Origin: Cocleimonas sp.
GTDB lineage: Bacteria; Pseudomonadota; Gammaproteobacteria; Thiotrichales; Thiotrichaceae
Length of the DNA stretch: 28,833 nucleotides
Reading direction: 5' to 3'
Assembly: GCA_023145485.1 (NCBI GenBank)
Contig: JAGLDT010000127.1
Span: forward strand, 1-28,833
This document shows positions 1 through 9,113 of this stretch, one piece after another (within the stretch, counting starts at the first letter, position 1; the number at the start of each line of letters is the position of its first letter). Both the position numbers and the translations under genes were made by a program. The notes below the pieces were generated by a model. The model was not told where the DNA came from and searched no databases. It saw only the letters and a list, made by a program, of their open reading frames with translations.

Positions 1-2
1 AA

Positions 3-209
3 CATGCAAAACTAAACAACCAGCCGATGACTGTTTTTGCAAAAAAAATGCTGATGGGGCACTACCTTGAAGACCTCGCTACTGTTCAGATTTGGTTAAC
101 CTTTCATGCTAAACGAGAGCATAAATCGCCTGAAGAATTAGCCCAATCTGTTCTTCCTTGCTTGGTTTCATCGCTTAATCTTATGGTGAAAATTACGGAA
201 GAGCCGTAA
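3..209 (+). CDS. 3' end of a hypothetical protein, probably truncated by the window edge
   Basis: Frame 3 is open from base 3 to TAA at 207-209 (HAKLNNQPMTVF...KITEEP). It converges on lptB with a hairpin at the junction. No recognisable motif. Confidence 0.4.
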   Translation, partial: HAKLNNQPMTVFAKKMLMGHYLEDLATVQIWLTFHAKREHKSPEELAQSVLPCLVSSLNLMVKITEEP

Positions 210-214
210 TTTTT
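189..214. terminator. Probable bidirectional intrinsic terminator
   Basis: AAAATTACGG-AAGAG-CCGTAATTTT, a 10-bp stem with A/T runs on both sides, between convergent genes. Confidence 0.6.
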
Positions 215-229
215 GACAAGAAGCCAATT

Positions 230-955
230 TTATAAGGTGAAATCTTCGCCTAAATAGATTTCCCGCGCCTGTTTATTTTGCAGTATGGTTTCTGGTGATC
301 CTTCCACAAGAATAGAGCCATTGCCGAGTATATAGGCACGGTCGCAAATGCTCAGTGTTTCGCGTACATTATGGTCGGTAATTAAAACACCAATGCCACG
401 CTGTTTTAAGTGAGTGACAATTTTTTGAATTTCTATTACTGAAATGGGGTCAACTCCTGCGAAGGGTTCGTCCAATAAAATAAAAGAAGGTTCAGTGGCT
501 AAGGCTCTAGCGATTTCTACCCGTCGTCGTTCTCCTCCTGATAAACTAATACCTAAGCTATCCCGAATATGGGTGATTTGGAATTCTTCTAATAAACTTT
601 CTAGTTTAGCTCGACGACCTTGACGATCTAGGTCTTTACGGGTTTCTAAAATAGCGTAGATATTATCAGCAACAGATAGTTTGCGAAAAATACTGGCTTC
701 TTGTGCCAAATAACCAATGCCGTGACGTGCGCGCAAATGCATTGACAAGTCAGTAAGATCGGTCTTATCCAGTAAAATATGTCCTTTATCTGCGGCAACT
801 AAGCCGACAATCATATAAAAACAGGTGGTTTTACCTGCACCATTAGGCCCTAATAAACCCACGACTTCGGAGTCATTCACTTGCAAGGAAACATCACTAA
901 TAATAGTGCGTTTCCCATAACGTTTATTAAGATTTTTTGCGGCTAGAATGGTCAA
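230..955 (-). CDS. lptB: LPS export ABC transporter ATP-binding protein LptB
   Basis: Walker A GPNGAGKT, signature LSGGERRR, Walker [23 protein letters not shown]. The ORF track starts at 991; TTG at 955, just after the lptA stop, gives a more typical N-terminus (MTILAAKNL). Confidence 0.97.
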   Translation of the reverse strand: MTILAAKNLNKRYGKRTIISDVSLQVNDSEVVGLLGPNGAGKTTCFYMIVGLVAADKGHILLDKTDLTDLSMHLRARHGIGYLAQEASIFRKLSVADNIYAILETRKDLDRQGRRAKLESLLEEFQITHIRDSLGISLSGGERRRVEIARALATEPSFILLDEPFAGVDPISVIEIQKIVTHLKQRGIGVLITDHNVRETLSICDRAYILGNGSILVEGSPETILQNKQAREIYLGEDFTL

Positions 956-956
956 T

Positions 957-1472
957 TTATTTTGTTTTATTGGTAGGGTGGAAGATGGCATGGACGCGAC
1001 TTTTATTATTTTTCTTATTGCCTGCTTTCAATGCACCAGTGAGGGTGGAGAACTCAATATAATTACTACTAAATTGGTCGCCACCTTGAGATAGAACTGC
1101 ATTTCCGCTCAAAATAAGCCGTTTTTTCTCGACTAAATAACGCATTTTTTTGGCAGTTCCTTTTGCTAATTTACCACTATCCAATTTTTGTTCAACCTTG
1201 AGAGGAAAGCCTGTGGCAATAATATTAACGATTTTATTATTGGGAGCATTGATCTCAATCCGTGCTGCATGAATTTTGAGTGTACCTTGTTTGATAGAAA
1301 CATTGCCCTGATAGACGGCTTTACCTGCGGATTTATTAAAAGTAACCGAGTCGGCATCAATTAACACAGGTTGGCTTGCGTCTGATTTTATAGCCCAGCT
1401 TAATGTGGGCAGTAGTAGCAAAGTAGAAAAGACTACAATGTTACGGATTAGGATCAAATTTTGCGTGTACAT
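957..1472 (-). CDS. lptA: LPS transport periplasmic protein LptA
   Basis: Signal peptide, then D..QPV.IDAD and [11 protein letters not shown] (OstA-like). Lies between lptC and lptB. Confidence 0.92.
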   Translation of the reverse strand: MYTQNLILIRNIVVFSTLLLLPTLSWAIKSDASQPVLIDADSVTFNKSAGKAVYQGNVSIKQGTLKIHAARIEINAPNNKIVNIIATGFPLKVEQKLDSGKLAKGTAKKMRYLVEKKRLILSGNAVLSQGGDQFSSNYIEFSTLTGALKAGNKKNNKSRVHAIFHPTNKTK

Positions 1473-2052
1473 TTGAAAGTATCCTTAGTTCTTGTTGATC
1501 TAATTGACTATGTAAACCAGTGCCTGTTAGCAAGCCATCCTTGGTTGTTAATGTAATCATAGCATCTGTGAAAATTTCTCGCTTTACTGGGTCAAATGAC
1601 AAGTTTTTTGTTGTTAAAATAAAGTCAGATGGGTTATTTTCAAGCTGATTTCGTGTTACATTATTCGGTGCTAGTTTATTTTGATGAGCTGTTTTTTTGA
1701 TTAGAACAGAACCTGCAAGTTCAATAGTGCCTTGTGTTTTCTTTTGTTGTGCTTTTTCGGCATAGATGAGTAAATTTTGCCCATCACTGTCGGTTGCTTG
1801 AATACTCGGTTGAAAAATTTCACTACCGCCCGTTGAATTTTTATGTACCAAATGCCGCCCTTGAAGATAATATTTTAAATCGCCATCAGCAGAGGTATTC
1901 AGTAAAGAGAAATCACTGAGATAATAATCAATTTGTCGCTCATTGGTTGCAGAAATAAATTCTTGATAGGAAAGCCAAAAACTATTCAGCCATGTCACTG
2001 CAAGAGCAGTGGTGATAGAAGCAATGAGTAATAGCAACCCTTTATAGTTCAT
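1441..2052 (-). CDS. lptC: LPS export protein LptC
   Basis: N-terminal TM helix, IDYYLSDF and C-terminal ILSNVHAKF. Canonical position after kdsC with ATGA overlap. Confidence 0.88.
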   Translation of the reverse strand: MNYKGLLLLIASITTALAVTWLNSFWLSYQEFISATNERQIDYYLSDFSLLNTSADGDLKYYLQGRHLVHKNSTGGSEIFQPSIQATDSDGQNLLIYAEKAQQKKTQGTIELAGSVLIKKTAHQNKLAPNNVTRNQLENNPSDFILTTKNLSFDPVKREIFTDAMITLTTKDGLLTGTGLHSQLDQQELRILSNVHAKFDPNP

Positions 2053-2594
2053 TTCAGATAGGTTTCAAGAAGGAAGTCTAATTTTCCTTGTGCCTCTAAT
2101 AACATTTCACAGATTTCGCGCACCGCCCCATGACCACCCCGTTGTTGTGATATCCAGTCGGCATGTTTTTGTACAAACCAATGGGCATCGTATACTGCAA
2201 TGGGCAGACCTACTTTTGTCATTACAGGGAGGTCAATCACATCATCTCCCACATAGGCAATCTGTGTTGCGGATAGACCTGTTTTTTCTAATAAATCTTT
2301 AAATGCTAGGCGCTTATCACTATATCCTTGATAAATCATATGAGGGGACAGGTTTAGATTAGCTGCACGATGATTGACGAGTTCAGATTGCCGACCTGTA
2401 ATGATCGCAACTGCAATGCCTGCTTTTTCCAGCATTTGCAAACCATGACCATCTTTAGCATTAAATGCTTTATACTCATCCCCATTATTATCATAAAAAA
2501 GTTTGCCGTCGGTGAGTACGCCATCGACATCAAAAATAACCAACTTAATTTGTTTGGCCGCGTCAGGTGCTTTTTTTATTATTGTGTGGCTCAT
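2049..2594 (-). CDS. kdsC: KDO 8-phosphate phosphatase (HAD family)
   Basis: IFDVDGVLTDG, AIITGR, YVGDDVIDLP and GGHGAVRE motifs, plus synteny. Confidence 0.96.
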   Translation of the reverse strand: MSHTIIKKAPDAAKQIKLVIFDVDGVLTDGKLFYDNNGDEYKAFNAKDGHGLQMLEKAGIAVAIITGRQSELVNHRAANLNLSPHMIYQGYSDKRLAFKDLLEKTGLSATQIAYVGDDVIDLPVMTKVGLPIAVYDAHWFVQKHADWISQQRGGHGAVREICEMLLEAQGKLDFLLETYLK

Positions 2595-2698
2595 TATTAT
2601 TTTCCAAAATTTGATCTAAATATCTGTAAATCTTTACGTTCAGCTAGCGTGTAACTCTTGAGAAGAGTTCGGAAGTTATTGAATTGTCATTCTTTCGC

Positions 2699-3691
2699 TT
2701 AGATAATGCCTGATTTTAATAAATCATGCATATGTAAAATGCCTACGGCTCTATTTGCAGAGTCAACAATGGGTAATACTGTAATGGCATTATCTTGCAT
2801 TATATTAAACGCACTAACAGCTAAGTCATCCGCTTGTGCCGTATGACAGTTCATGGATGCCTTCTCAGCGATGGTTGTTACTGACATATTGGTGCCATCT
2901 TCAAAGGCTCTGCGTAGATCCCCATCAGTGAAAATACCTAACAAGGTATTTTTGTTATCAATAATTAATGTAGTCCCTAGATTTTTCTTTGTCATTTCGA
3001 TAATCGCTTTTGTTAACACCGTATCAGGTGAAACAAGCGGTGTATCTTGGCGATCGTGCATGACTTCTTTGACATGTACTAATAAACGTCGCCCTAATCG
3101 ACCACCTGGATGCGAACGAGCAAAATCCTCTGGGGTAAAATCACGTGCTTTTAATAAGGCAACTGCAAGTGCATCACCCATGACTAAGGTTACAGTGGTA
3201 CTGGAGGTGGGTGCAAGGTCTAATGGACAAGCTTCCTTTTCAACCCCAATATCTAGATGAATATCGGCTAGTTTTGCCAAATCAGAGTTCAAATTCCCTG
3301 TCATGGCAATCACTTTGGTATGTTGACGTTTAATAACAGCTGAAAGCATTAATAATTCGCTAGTTGCGCCAGAATTAGAAATAGCGATAACAATATCGTC
3401 GGAGGTAATCATCCCTAGATCACCGTGCAACGCTTCACTAGGATGAACAAAGAAAGAAGGGGTTCCTGTGCTGGCTAAGGTTGCTGCTATTTTATTACCA
3501 ATATGGCCTGATTTTCCCATGCCCGTAATCACAACTCGCCCTGTTGAGGCGAGTAAGGTTTTGCAAGCAAAAATAAAATTGTGATCAAGGCGGTTAGCAA
3601 GTGTTTGTATTGCTTTTTGTTCATCCTGAATCACCTGTCGAGCGGAGATGATAAAGCTATTATCTTCGTCAGATATTTTGCTTGCTAGCAT
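2699..3691 (-). CDS. kdsD: Arabinose 5-phosphate isomerase (KpsF/GutQ family, SIS plus CBS domains)
   Basis: GMGKSGHIG, HPSEALHGDLG, LAPTSSTT, HPGGRLG and C-terminal CBS pair. Confidence 0.96.
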   Translation of the reverse strand: MLASKISDEDNSFIISARQVIQDEQKAIQTLANRLDHNFIFACKTLLASTGRVVITGMGKSGHIGNKIAATLASTGTPSFFVHPSEALHGDLGMITSDDIVIAISNSGATSELLMLSAVIKRQHTKVIAMTGNLNSDLAKLADIHLDIGVEKEACPLDLAPTSSTTVTLVMGDALAVALLKARDFTPEDFARSHPGGRLGRRLLVHVKEVMHDRQDTPLVSPDTVLTKAIIEMTKKNLGTTLIIDNKNTLLGIFTDGDLRRAFEDGTNMSVTTIAEKASMNCHTAQADDLAVSAFNIMQDNAITVLPIVDSANRAVGILHMHDLLKSGII

Positions 3692-3715
3692 ATTTAAGGT
3701 TCTCTTAAATTTTAT

Positions 3716-4699
3716 TTATCCAGTGATTGTTTGATAATAAAGAAGTCCTTCGTAGGCAACAAAAAGGCCGAGAAAAACAACACCATTCCAGAAAACAATA
3801 CGATAACGAGCTTCTTTATAACAGCCTACTCCAAAGATAATTAGTAGCACCGTAAGAGCAATCATAATAGGCATGTCCCGACTCAATACATCAGGGGAAA
3901 TTGTTTTTGTTGGTGCAATAAGAGCAGGAATCGCTAGCACACCAAGCGTATTAAACAAGTTAGAGCCAACAATATTACCAATGGCTAGATCAGTTTCTCC
4001 TTTTCTAGCACTACTCACGGTAGCTGCTAACTCAGGGAGACTCGTTCCAATAGCAACAATCGTTAAACCAATAATTAAGTCACTAATACCCAATGCGGTG
4101 GCAATACCTGATGCACCCCATACCAGCATTTTTGAACTAATCATTAATAATAGAAGACCAATAATCGTTAAAATAATCGATTTTTTAAACGGCATTTCAT
4201 CAGGAAGTTCATCCGCACCTTCTTCTAGTAAAGGATCGTGTTTGTTACTGCTTTTTTTAGCAGAGTAGAACATCCAGCCAATAATGGAGAATAAGCCGAT
4301 TAATAAAATCGTGCCATCAAAACGGCTAAACTCACCGTCACTGAGCAAATACCAAGACAGTAAACCTGCCAACAGGACTAAAGGTAGTTCTTTTTTAAGG
4401 ATATTGGAATGAATAGGCAAAGCAACAATCAAGGCAGTTGCACCTAACACTAACGTGATATTGGTAATATTAGAACCGATAGCATTACCAATGCCCAGTT
4501 CAGCATTACCTTGAAGTGCAGCAGACGCGGCCACCAACATTTCAGGGGCAGATGTTCCGAGTCCGATAATCAACATGCCGATAATAAGGGGGGATACGTC
4601 CCAATGTTGTGCGAGACTGGCGGCACCATCGACAAATTGATCCGCACTCCAGATTAATAAAATAAGACCTAAGATAACAGCAATAGTAAATAGAAGCAT
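3716..4699 (-). CDS. yrbG: Calcium/sodium antiporter (CaCA, YrbG-like)
   Basis: Alpha repeats GTSAPE...GSNITN and GTSLPE...GSNLFN. Upstream of kdsD as in E. coli. Confidence 0.92.
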   Translation of the reverse strand: MLLFTIAVILGLILLIWSADQFVDGAASLAQHWDVSPLIIGMLIIGLGTSAPEMLVAASAALQGNAELGIGNAIGSNITNITLVLGATALIVALPIHSNILKKELPLVLLAGLLSWYLLSDGEFSRFDGTILLIGLFSIIGWMFYSAKKSSNKHDPLLEEGADELPDEMPFKKSIILTIIGLLLLMISSKMLVWGASGIATALGISDLIIGLTIVAIGTSLPELAATVSSARKGETDLAIGNIVGSNLFNTLGVLAIPALIAPTKTISPDVLSRDMPIMIALTVLLIIFGVGCYKEARYRIVFWNGVVFLGLFVAYEGLLYYQTITG

Positions 4700-4970
4700 T
4701 GGCGGGGGTATTTGATAGTTTTAAAAGATGAATGAATATACAGTAAATTTATTACTGAGGACTGTAGACAGTTATAGAGCTATAGCAAGTAAAATCTTTA
4801 TATTGACTACTATTTAATCACTTATTGATGCGTCATCGGATGAACTGTGATGTTCAGACTAGCCCAGCAAATCATATTTCATAAATGCTTCTTGCACTGT
4901 TTAATTGTCTACAAGCATTCAGGTGAATAATTTCTAGAATCGATTGCTTTAGCTTCGCCAAATGAGGCTA

Positions 4971-5131
4971 GGAATCCCCAATGCAATTAAGTTACCCAAC
5001 TTGTTTGTCTTTTTATCCCAGCTTGAATGCTCTCAGAGCGTTGCGTAGAGTGACTATGCACCTACTTTAAGAGTATCCAACCTGAAACAAAAATTCTGCG
5101 TTAGTTTGGGATGTTATTAAATCCTCATTCC
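4971..5131. mobile_element. MITE/ERIC-like non-autonomous element, copy 1 (161 bp, flanked by TA...TA)
   Basis: Shares its core (CAGCTTGAATGCTCTCAG, GTAG-N13-CTAC, CTGCGTTA) and right end TTTGGGATGTTATTAAATCCTCATTCC with copy 2. TA at 4969-4970 and 5132-5133. Left terminal repeat is degenerate. Confidence 0.75.
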
Positions 5132-5180
5132 TAAAGCACTCGATTTCTAAAAAATTTAATATATGAAAGACGATAAACTT

Positions 5181-5912
5181 TCAACGTCCATGCTTTCTTG
5201 CTATTGCATTAAGGTGTGTATTATTAGACCTTGCTGCAAAATCAATCGGTGTAAAGCCATCTGAGTTTCTTAGCCATATTGATGCTCTATTCGCTATCAA
5301 ATAATTAGCCACAACAGGATGATTAAACCGTATTGCATGATGAATAGGTAACCAATTTTTACTGGTGCGAGCATTGACATTGGCTCTTTGGCTAAGCAAA
5401 TATTGAACCATCTGAATATTGCCAAGCGATGCTGCAATATGCAGTGACGATTCACCATCAAAGTTTTTATGATGTATATTTGCACCTTCAGAAACAAGTT
5501 GTTTTAATAAATGTAAATTTCTGGTTTTTGCTGCATGTAATACCGCATCATCAGAATGTCTCACAGCATTACCCGCTGATCGTCTCCACGCAGGGGTTGA
5601 TGACCCATGGCTAGATTTAACTCTTTGCGCTTGAGGCATATGGTATTGAGACTTTTGCCCACGCTGTGCATGAAGGCGCTGTTGTTGCGAACGTTTTAGC
5701 TGTCGTTGGCGTTCTTGCATAATAAAAATCTTTTTCTTGCGCACACGTTGCGCTTGCTCTTTAGCAATTGTTTCTCGATTGAGTTTTCTTACTTCATCTG
5801 GGGTCATGTCGGTCATATTGTAGCCGGCATTAACTATTTGACAACTCAACCCTAACAACAAAGCAGTAGTAAAGAACAGTAGTCGTTTCTTCAAAATATG
5901 TTTCGTATTCAT
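5181..5912 (-). CDS. Secreted ankyrin-repeat protein (paralog A)
   Basis: Signal peptide (ending IVNA), Q/R-rich linker, then about 3-4 ankyrin repeats (GESSLHIAASLGN, LPIHHAIRFNH, GFTPIDFA). Confidence 0.88.
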   Translation of the reverse strand: MNTKHILKKRLLFFTTALLLGLSCQIVNAGYNMTDMTPDEVRKLNRETIAKEQAQRVRKKKIFIMQERQRQLKRSQQQRLHAQRGQKSQYHMPQAQRVKSSHGSSTPAWRRSAGNAVRHSDDAVLHAAKTRNLHLLKQLVSEGANIHHKNFDGESSLHIAASLGNIQMVQYLLSQRANVNARTSKNWLPIHHAIRFNHPVVANYLIANRASIWLRNSDGFTPIDFAARSNNTHLNAIARKHGR

Positions 5913-5921
5913 TAGTCTCTC

Positions 5922-5931
5922 TCGTCCATGA
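5922..5931 (-). promoter_or_regulatory. Putative CsrA/RsmA-binding site
   Basis: Minus strand TCATGGACGA matches (A/U)CANGGANG(U/A), 9 nt upstream of the ATG. Confidence 0.5.
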
Positions 5932-6056
5932 ATTTGAGGGTAGGATAGGCGAGGGAATCTATTTATCCCCTAACATTACTGATAAAAGCGTTAATGTAGC
6001 GGACAGTAGTTATTATAAGTAGCAAGCCGCTATAAATTCACAAAAAAATAAAGGGA

Positions 6057-6755
6057 TTAACCACCATATTTTCTTGCGATTGCTTGGATATGTGGATTCT
6101 TAGATTTCTTAGCAAAATCAAGAGGGGTAAAGCCATCAATTGTTTTTTGTGTTAATGATGCTTTACGAGAAATTAGGTAGTTAGCAACCCTGACATGGTT
6201 GAAGCGTATCGCATGATGAATGGGCATCCATTGCGTACCCGTACGGGCATGTAAATTAGCGCCTCTACCGATCAAATACTGAATCATCTGTAGATTACCA
6301 AGTGATGCAGCAATATGAAGTGCTGTTTCACCATTAAAATTCTGATGATTTACATTTGCCCCTTCCGCTACTAGTTGCTTTAATAAATTTAAATTTCGGC
6401 TTTTTGCAGCACCAAACAGTGCGTCATCTGCACTACGAGTCATGGTATAACCTGCAGGTCTTCTCCATGCGGGAATTGATGATAAATCAACCCTTCTAGG
6501 AGCAACAGGCGCTCTCACTGGAGTAGGAGCTGGTCTGGCAACAGGTTGCTTTACTACTTGTCGTTGTATTGGCTTCACAGGTTGCTTTTGTTGCTCAATT
6601 GCTTGCTGTCGTGATGCTTGTACCTTAGCCATATTACCATTGATGATATTATGGATTTCAGATTCATCAAGCTCTAATCCATTGCCAGTCGCAGCTAAGA
6701 CAGGTTGCGAAGTGATTAGAGTGAGTAAAAAAGCTAGTGTATATTTAACGTTCAT
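6057..6755 (-). CDS. Secreted ankyrin-repeat protein (paralog B)
   Basis: Signal peptide (SQPVLA), Q/P-rich linker, ankyrin repeats (GETALHIAASLGN, MPIHHAIRFNH, GFTPLDFA). Colinear with paralog A. Confidence 0.88.
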   Translation of the reverse strand: MNVKYTLAFLLTLITSQPVLAATGNGLELDESEIHNIINGNMAKVQASRQQAIEQQKQPVKPIQRQVVKQPVARPAPTPVRAPVAPRRVDLSSIPAWRRPAGYTMTRSADDALFGAAKSRNLNLLKQLVAEGANVNHQNFNGETALHIAASLGNLQMIQYLIGRGANLHARTGTQWMPIHHAIRFNHVRVANYLISRKASLTQKTIDGFTPLDFAKKSKNPHIQAIARKYGG

Positions 6756-6770
6756 TTGATTTTCTCGTTT

Positions 6771-6780
6771 TCATCCATGA
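6771..6780 (-). promoter_or_regulatory. Putative CsrA/RsmA-binding site
   Basis: Minus strand TCATGGATGA within TTTC-ATGGAT-GAAA, 15 nt upstream of the ATG. Confidence 0.55.
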
Positions 6781-6831
6781 AATAGGAGGAAAAAATTACA
6801 TAGTATTGGGAAGTTATTTTGTCTTCATTCC

Positions 6832-7800
6832 TTAACGATGATATTTTGTAGTTTGTATAAAAGCTTTAGCAAAGCGTTGTCCTAAAGCCAATTGACCTGC
6901 TGTATTATAATGCAAATTATCACTCTGCTTTTCCAGCCCTTCCGTCGAAATAAGGCGACTATTTCTAATCCCTGCAGTAGAGCGTTTCTGCGCCTGCCGT
7001 ACCATATTACGATAAGGAAAAGCCTTGATTGCTGGCGGGTTCACTTGAGCAATAAAAAAAGCGAGTGATGGCGTATGCAATTCCTTGCGTAATGCAGTAA
7101 TAAATTGTGCCAAATTACGTGAATAGCTACGTGCTGAACTTGGATAACGGGCATCTGCCTCACCTTGCATCCATAATATGCCCGCAAATCTAACACCTTT
7201 TATGTTCGTATGTCTTTTGATTGTTTTTATTAGTTTTTCAAACAACGGTCCAGCACTTGCATTGCGTGTAATGCGTGCCTTGCTTAAACGCCAATCTGGG
7301 TCCCAAGCAAAAAGGGATGTGCCACCCGCTGAAAATTTTATTAGTTTAATTTTCTTATGAGGAAAACGGCGAGATATTGCATGAGCAAAACCAACTTCAG
7401 GTCCAAACTGTGCAAAACGGCTCATTTTAGTCGAGTAACCGTTAACATAAAAGGTCACATTGGCAGGAGTGCGTCGATAAGCTACAGGTAGCTTTGATGT
7501 TCTTCCATAACCTGACATATTAGACTGTCCTGCTAAGATGAAAACTAGTTCATTATTGTGACTTAAATTAGTTTTAATAAATTGAGTATTCACATGTTGG
7601 ATAATCTTTCCGAGTTTATTCTGGCTATGCTGTGCGTGACGACTGAACTGGTTATTTAAATGTGTAACGATACCTTCGACAAAAATATCTTTTGCTTGCG
7701 CTGAGGTTATCTGGAGAAAAAAAATAACAATAAAAAAAAGTGCTTTTATTTTTGTATTGATTATGACCGCTAAAACTAGTTTGATTATTTGCACGCTCAC
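6832..7800 (-). CDS. Exported SGNH-type carbohydrate esterase (sialate O-acetylesterase/CE6-like)
   Basis: AGQSNM (catalytic Ser), FGPEVGF, WMQGEAD and DNLHY (Asp/His). Signal peptide ending SAQA. Start codon uncertain (GTG). Confidence 0.85.
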   Translation of the reverse strand: MSVQIIKLVLAVIINTKIKALFFIVIFFLQITSAQAKDIFVEGIVTHLNNQFSRHAQHSQNKLGKIIQHVNTQFIKTNLSHNNELVFILAGQSNMSGYGRTSKLPVAYRRTPANVTFYVNGYSTKMSRFAQFGPEVGFAHAISRRFPHKKIKLIKFSAGGTSLFAWDPDWRLSKARITRNASAGPLFEKLIKTIKRHTNIKGVRFAGILWMQGEADARYPSSARSYSRNLAQFITALRKELHTPSLAFFIAQVNPPAIKAFPYRNMVRQAQKRSTAGIRNSRLISTEGLEKQSDNLHYNTAGQLALGQRFAKAFIQTTKYHR

Positions 7801-8121
7801 TCGCTTAAGACGTAATAGAAACAGAACAGAACTAGCGTTAATTGTAATGTATATTAATATTATAATAAGGTGATTTTTTAATCGTTTTAGCGTTAATTTA
7901 CCGCATTTGTCTACTTTTCACAGAAACCATATTTTATTTTTATAAGCAAAATAAACCCACCTTTTTCAGCAGATGAACTAACCCGCTATTATTCACTCTT
8001 AAACAGCATGCTTTCATCCTATAAATCTAACTATAAGGATGTTCTAAACAATCGATGCGATGTTTTATCGTCTTAACTGATTCGTCTTAAAAAAAGAAAA
8101 TACATATGATTAAATCTCACC

Positions 8122-8404
8122 ATGTTTTTAATAATGATAGCCATTGGTGTGGTTGCTTTTATTAATATGAAGGGAAAAACAAAAGAGGTTGTGCATAAAG
8201 ATAATGTCATGGTGGCGAAAGCTGTTGATGTGATGATTATTCACAAAGCGCCTTTTTCAGCCAGTGTCGTGGCTTATGGAAATATAGAGCCAACGGTGGT
8301 GTTTCAAGGTAAAGCTGAGGTTGGGGGCAGGGTGGCAGTATTGCTGCGGGAACAATCGTCGTCAAAATAAACCCTATCGATTACAAACTTTCTCTGGATA
8401 AAAC
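8122..8404 (+). pseudogene. Remnant of an RND efflux membrane-fusion (periplasmic adaptor) gene
   Basis: TM anchor followed by AKAVDV...VVAYGNIEP...KAEVGGRV. A -1 frameshift near 8331 continues as GSIAAGTIVVKINPIDYKLSLDK, typical of the lipoyl-to-helix junction. No RND transporter gene follows. Confidence 0.7.
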
Positions 8405-8564
8405 AGGTTCTGAAACGAAGAATAATAGCGATGACTCGATGCTCCAGTTTTTAGTTCTTGACTTATTTACTCAAATATTTTTTTAAATTCCGTATAATTA
8501 ATTTTTATAAAAACAATAGCTTATGTTTTTTCGCTTTTATCCTTTTTAGAAAAAAATGCGCAGC

Positions 8565-8600
8565 AATAAAAAAATGGAACCTAGGTTCCGTTTTTTTATT
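8565..8600. terminator. Intrinsic terminator, probably bidirectional
   Basis: AATAAAAAAATGGAAC-CTAG-GTTCCGTTTTTTTATT, 27 nt past the YeeE gene stop. Confidence 0.75.
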
Positions 8601-8627
8601 GAGAGTTGGTGCTTAACGATTTACAAA

Positions 8628-9095
8628 CTAACGTGCATTTCGATTAAAAAAGCCAAACACGATGGTTCCTAAAATAATACCAGCAACAACAAAGAGTCCT
8701 GTTAGTTTACCTTCGCCAATCATTACCATTGCTGTACCTGGGCAGGATGCTGTTAACGCCCATCCTGTTCCAAAAAATAAGGCACCAATAAAAACACGTC
8801 GTGAGAAGTTGACGGCACCAAAGGTAATTTCTTTTTGTGAAATAATACTTTTTGCCTTCATACGCTTTACTAGGAACATGCCTAGCGCACCTGTTGCAAC
8901 GGCTAAACTTAATACAATAGGAAGTTGAAAGTTTTCAAATAAGAACATACCAGCCATTATGTCAAAGGTTGTTCCTCCGATACTAACGAGAAGAACACCA
9001 AACACGGTACCTAATATGATGGAAATAAGTTTTAAAAGTGGCAAGTATTTTTGCTGTTCAACTTCTATTTTTAATTCTGTATTACTGAGTTTCAT
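8628..9095 (-). CDS. YeeE/YedE-family sulfur-transport membrane protein (PmpB-like half)
   Basis: Four TM helices and GALFFGTGWALTASCPG motif. Confidence 0.8.
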   Translation of the reverse strand: MKLSNTELKIEVEQQKYLPLLKLISIILGTVFGVLLVSIGGTTFDIMAGMFLFENFQLPIVLSLAVATGALGMFLVKRMKAKSIISQKEITFGAVNFSRRVFIGALFFGTGWALTASCPGTAMVMIGEGKLTGLFVVAGIILGTIVFGFFNRNAR

Positions 9096-9113
9096 AATAT
9101 ATCCCCAATTATA

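Noticed and set aside
109-171. Minus-strand mini-ORF MKPSKEEQIGLILQAIYALV, faintly like the RpoN N-terminus and at the expected position after lptB
   Set aside because: Only 20 codons, no further RpoN-like sequence in any frame, and it lies antisense to a longer open frame. Probably chance; TBLASTN with RpoN would settle it.
985-994. CsrA-like GCATGGACGC near the lptA/lptB junction
   Set aside because: On the non-transcribed strand and inside coding sequence.
2090-4268. Plus-strand ORFs 2090-2302, 2370-2654, 2853-3260 and 3873-4268
   Set aside because: Antisense shadows of well-supported kdsC, kdsD and yrbG; no motifs.
4741-4856. Short palindromes upstream of yrbG (CAGTAA-N6-TTACTG, TGAAC-N6-GTTCA, a weak LexA-like CTGT-N8-ATAG)
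   Set aside because: Arms of 4-6 bp are expected by chance, and there is no rationale for SOS control.
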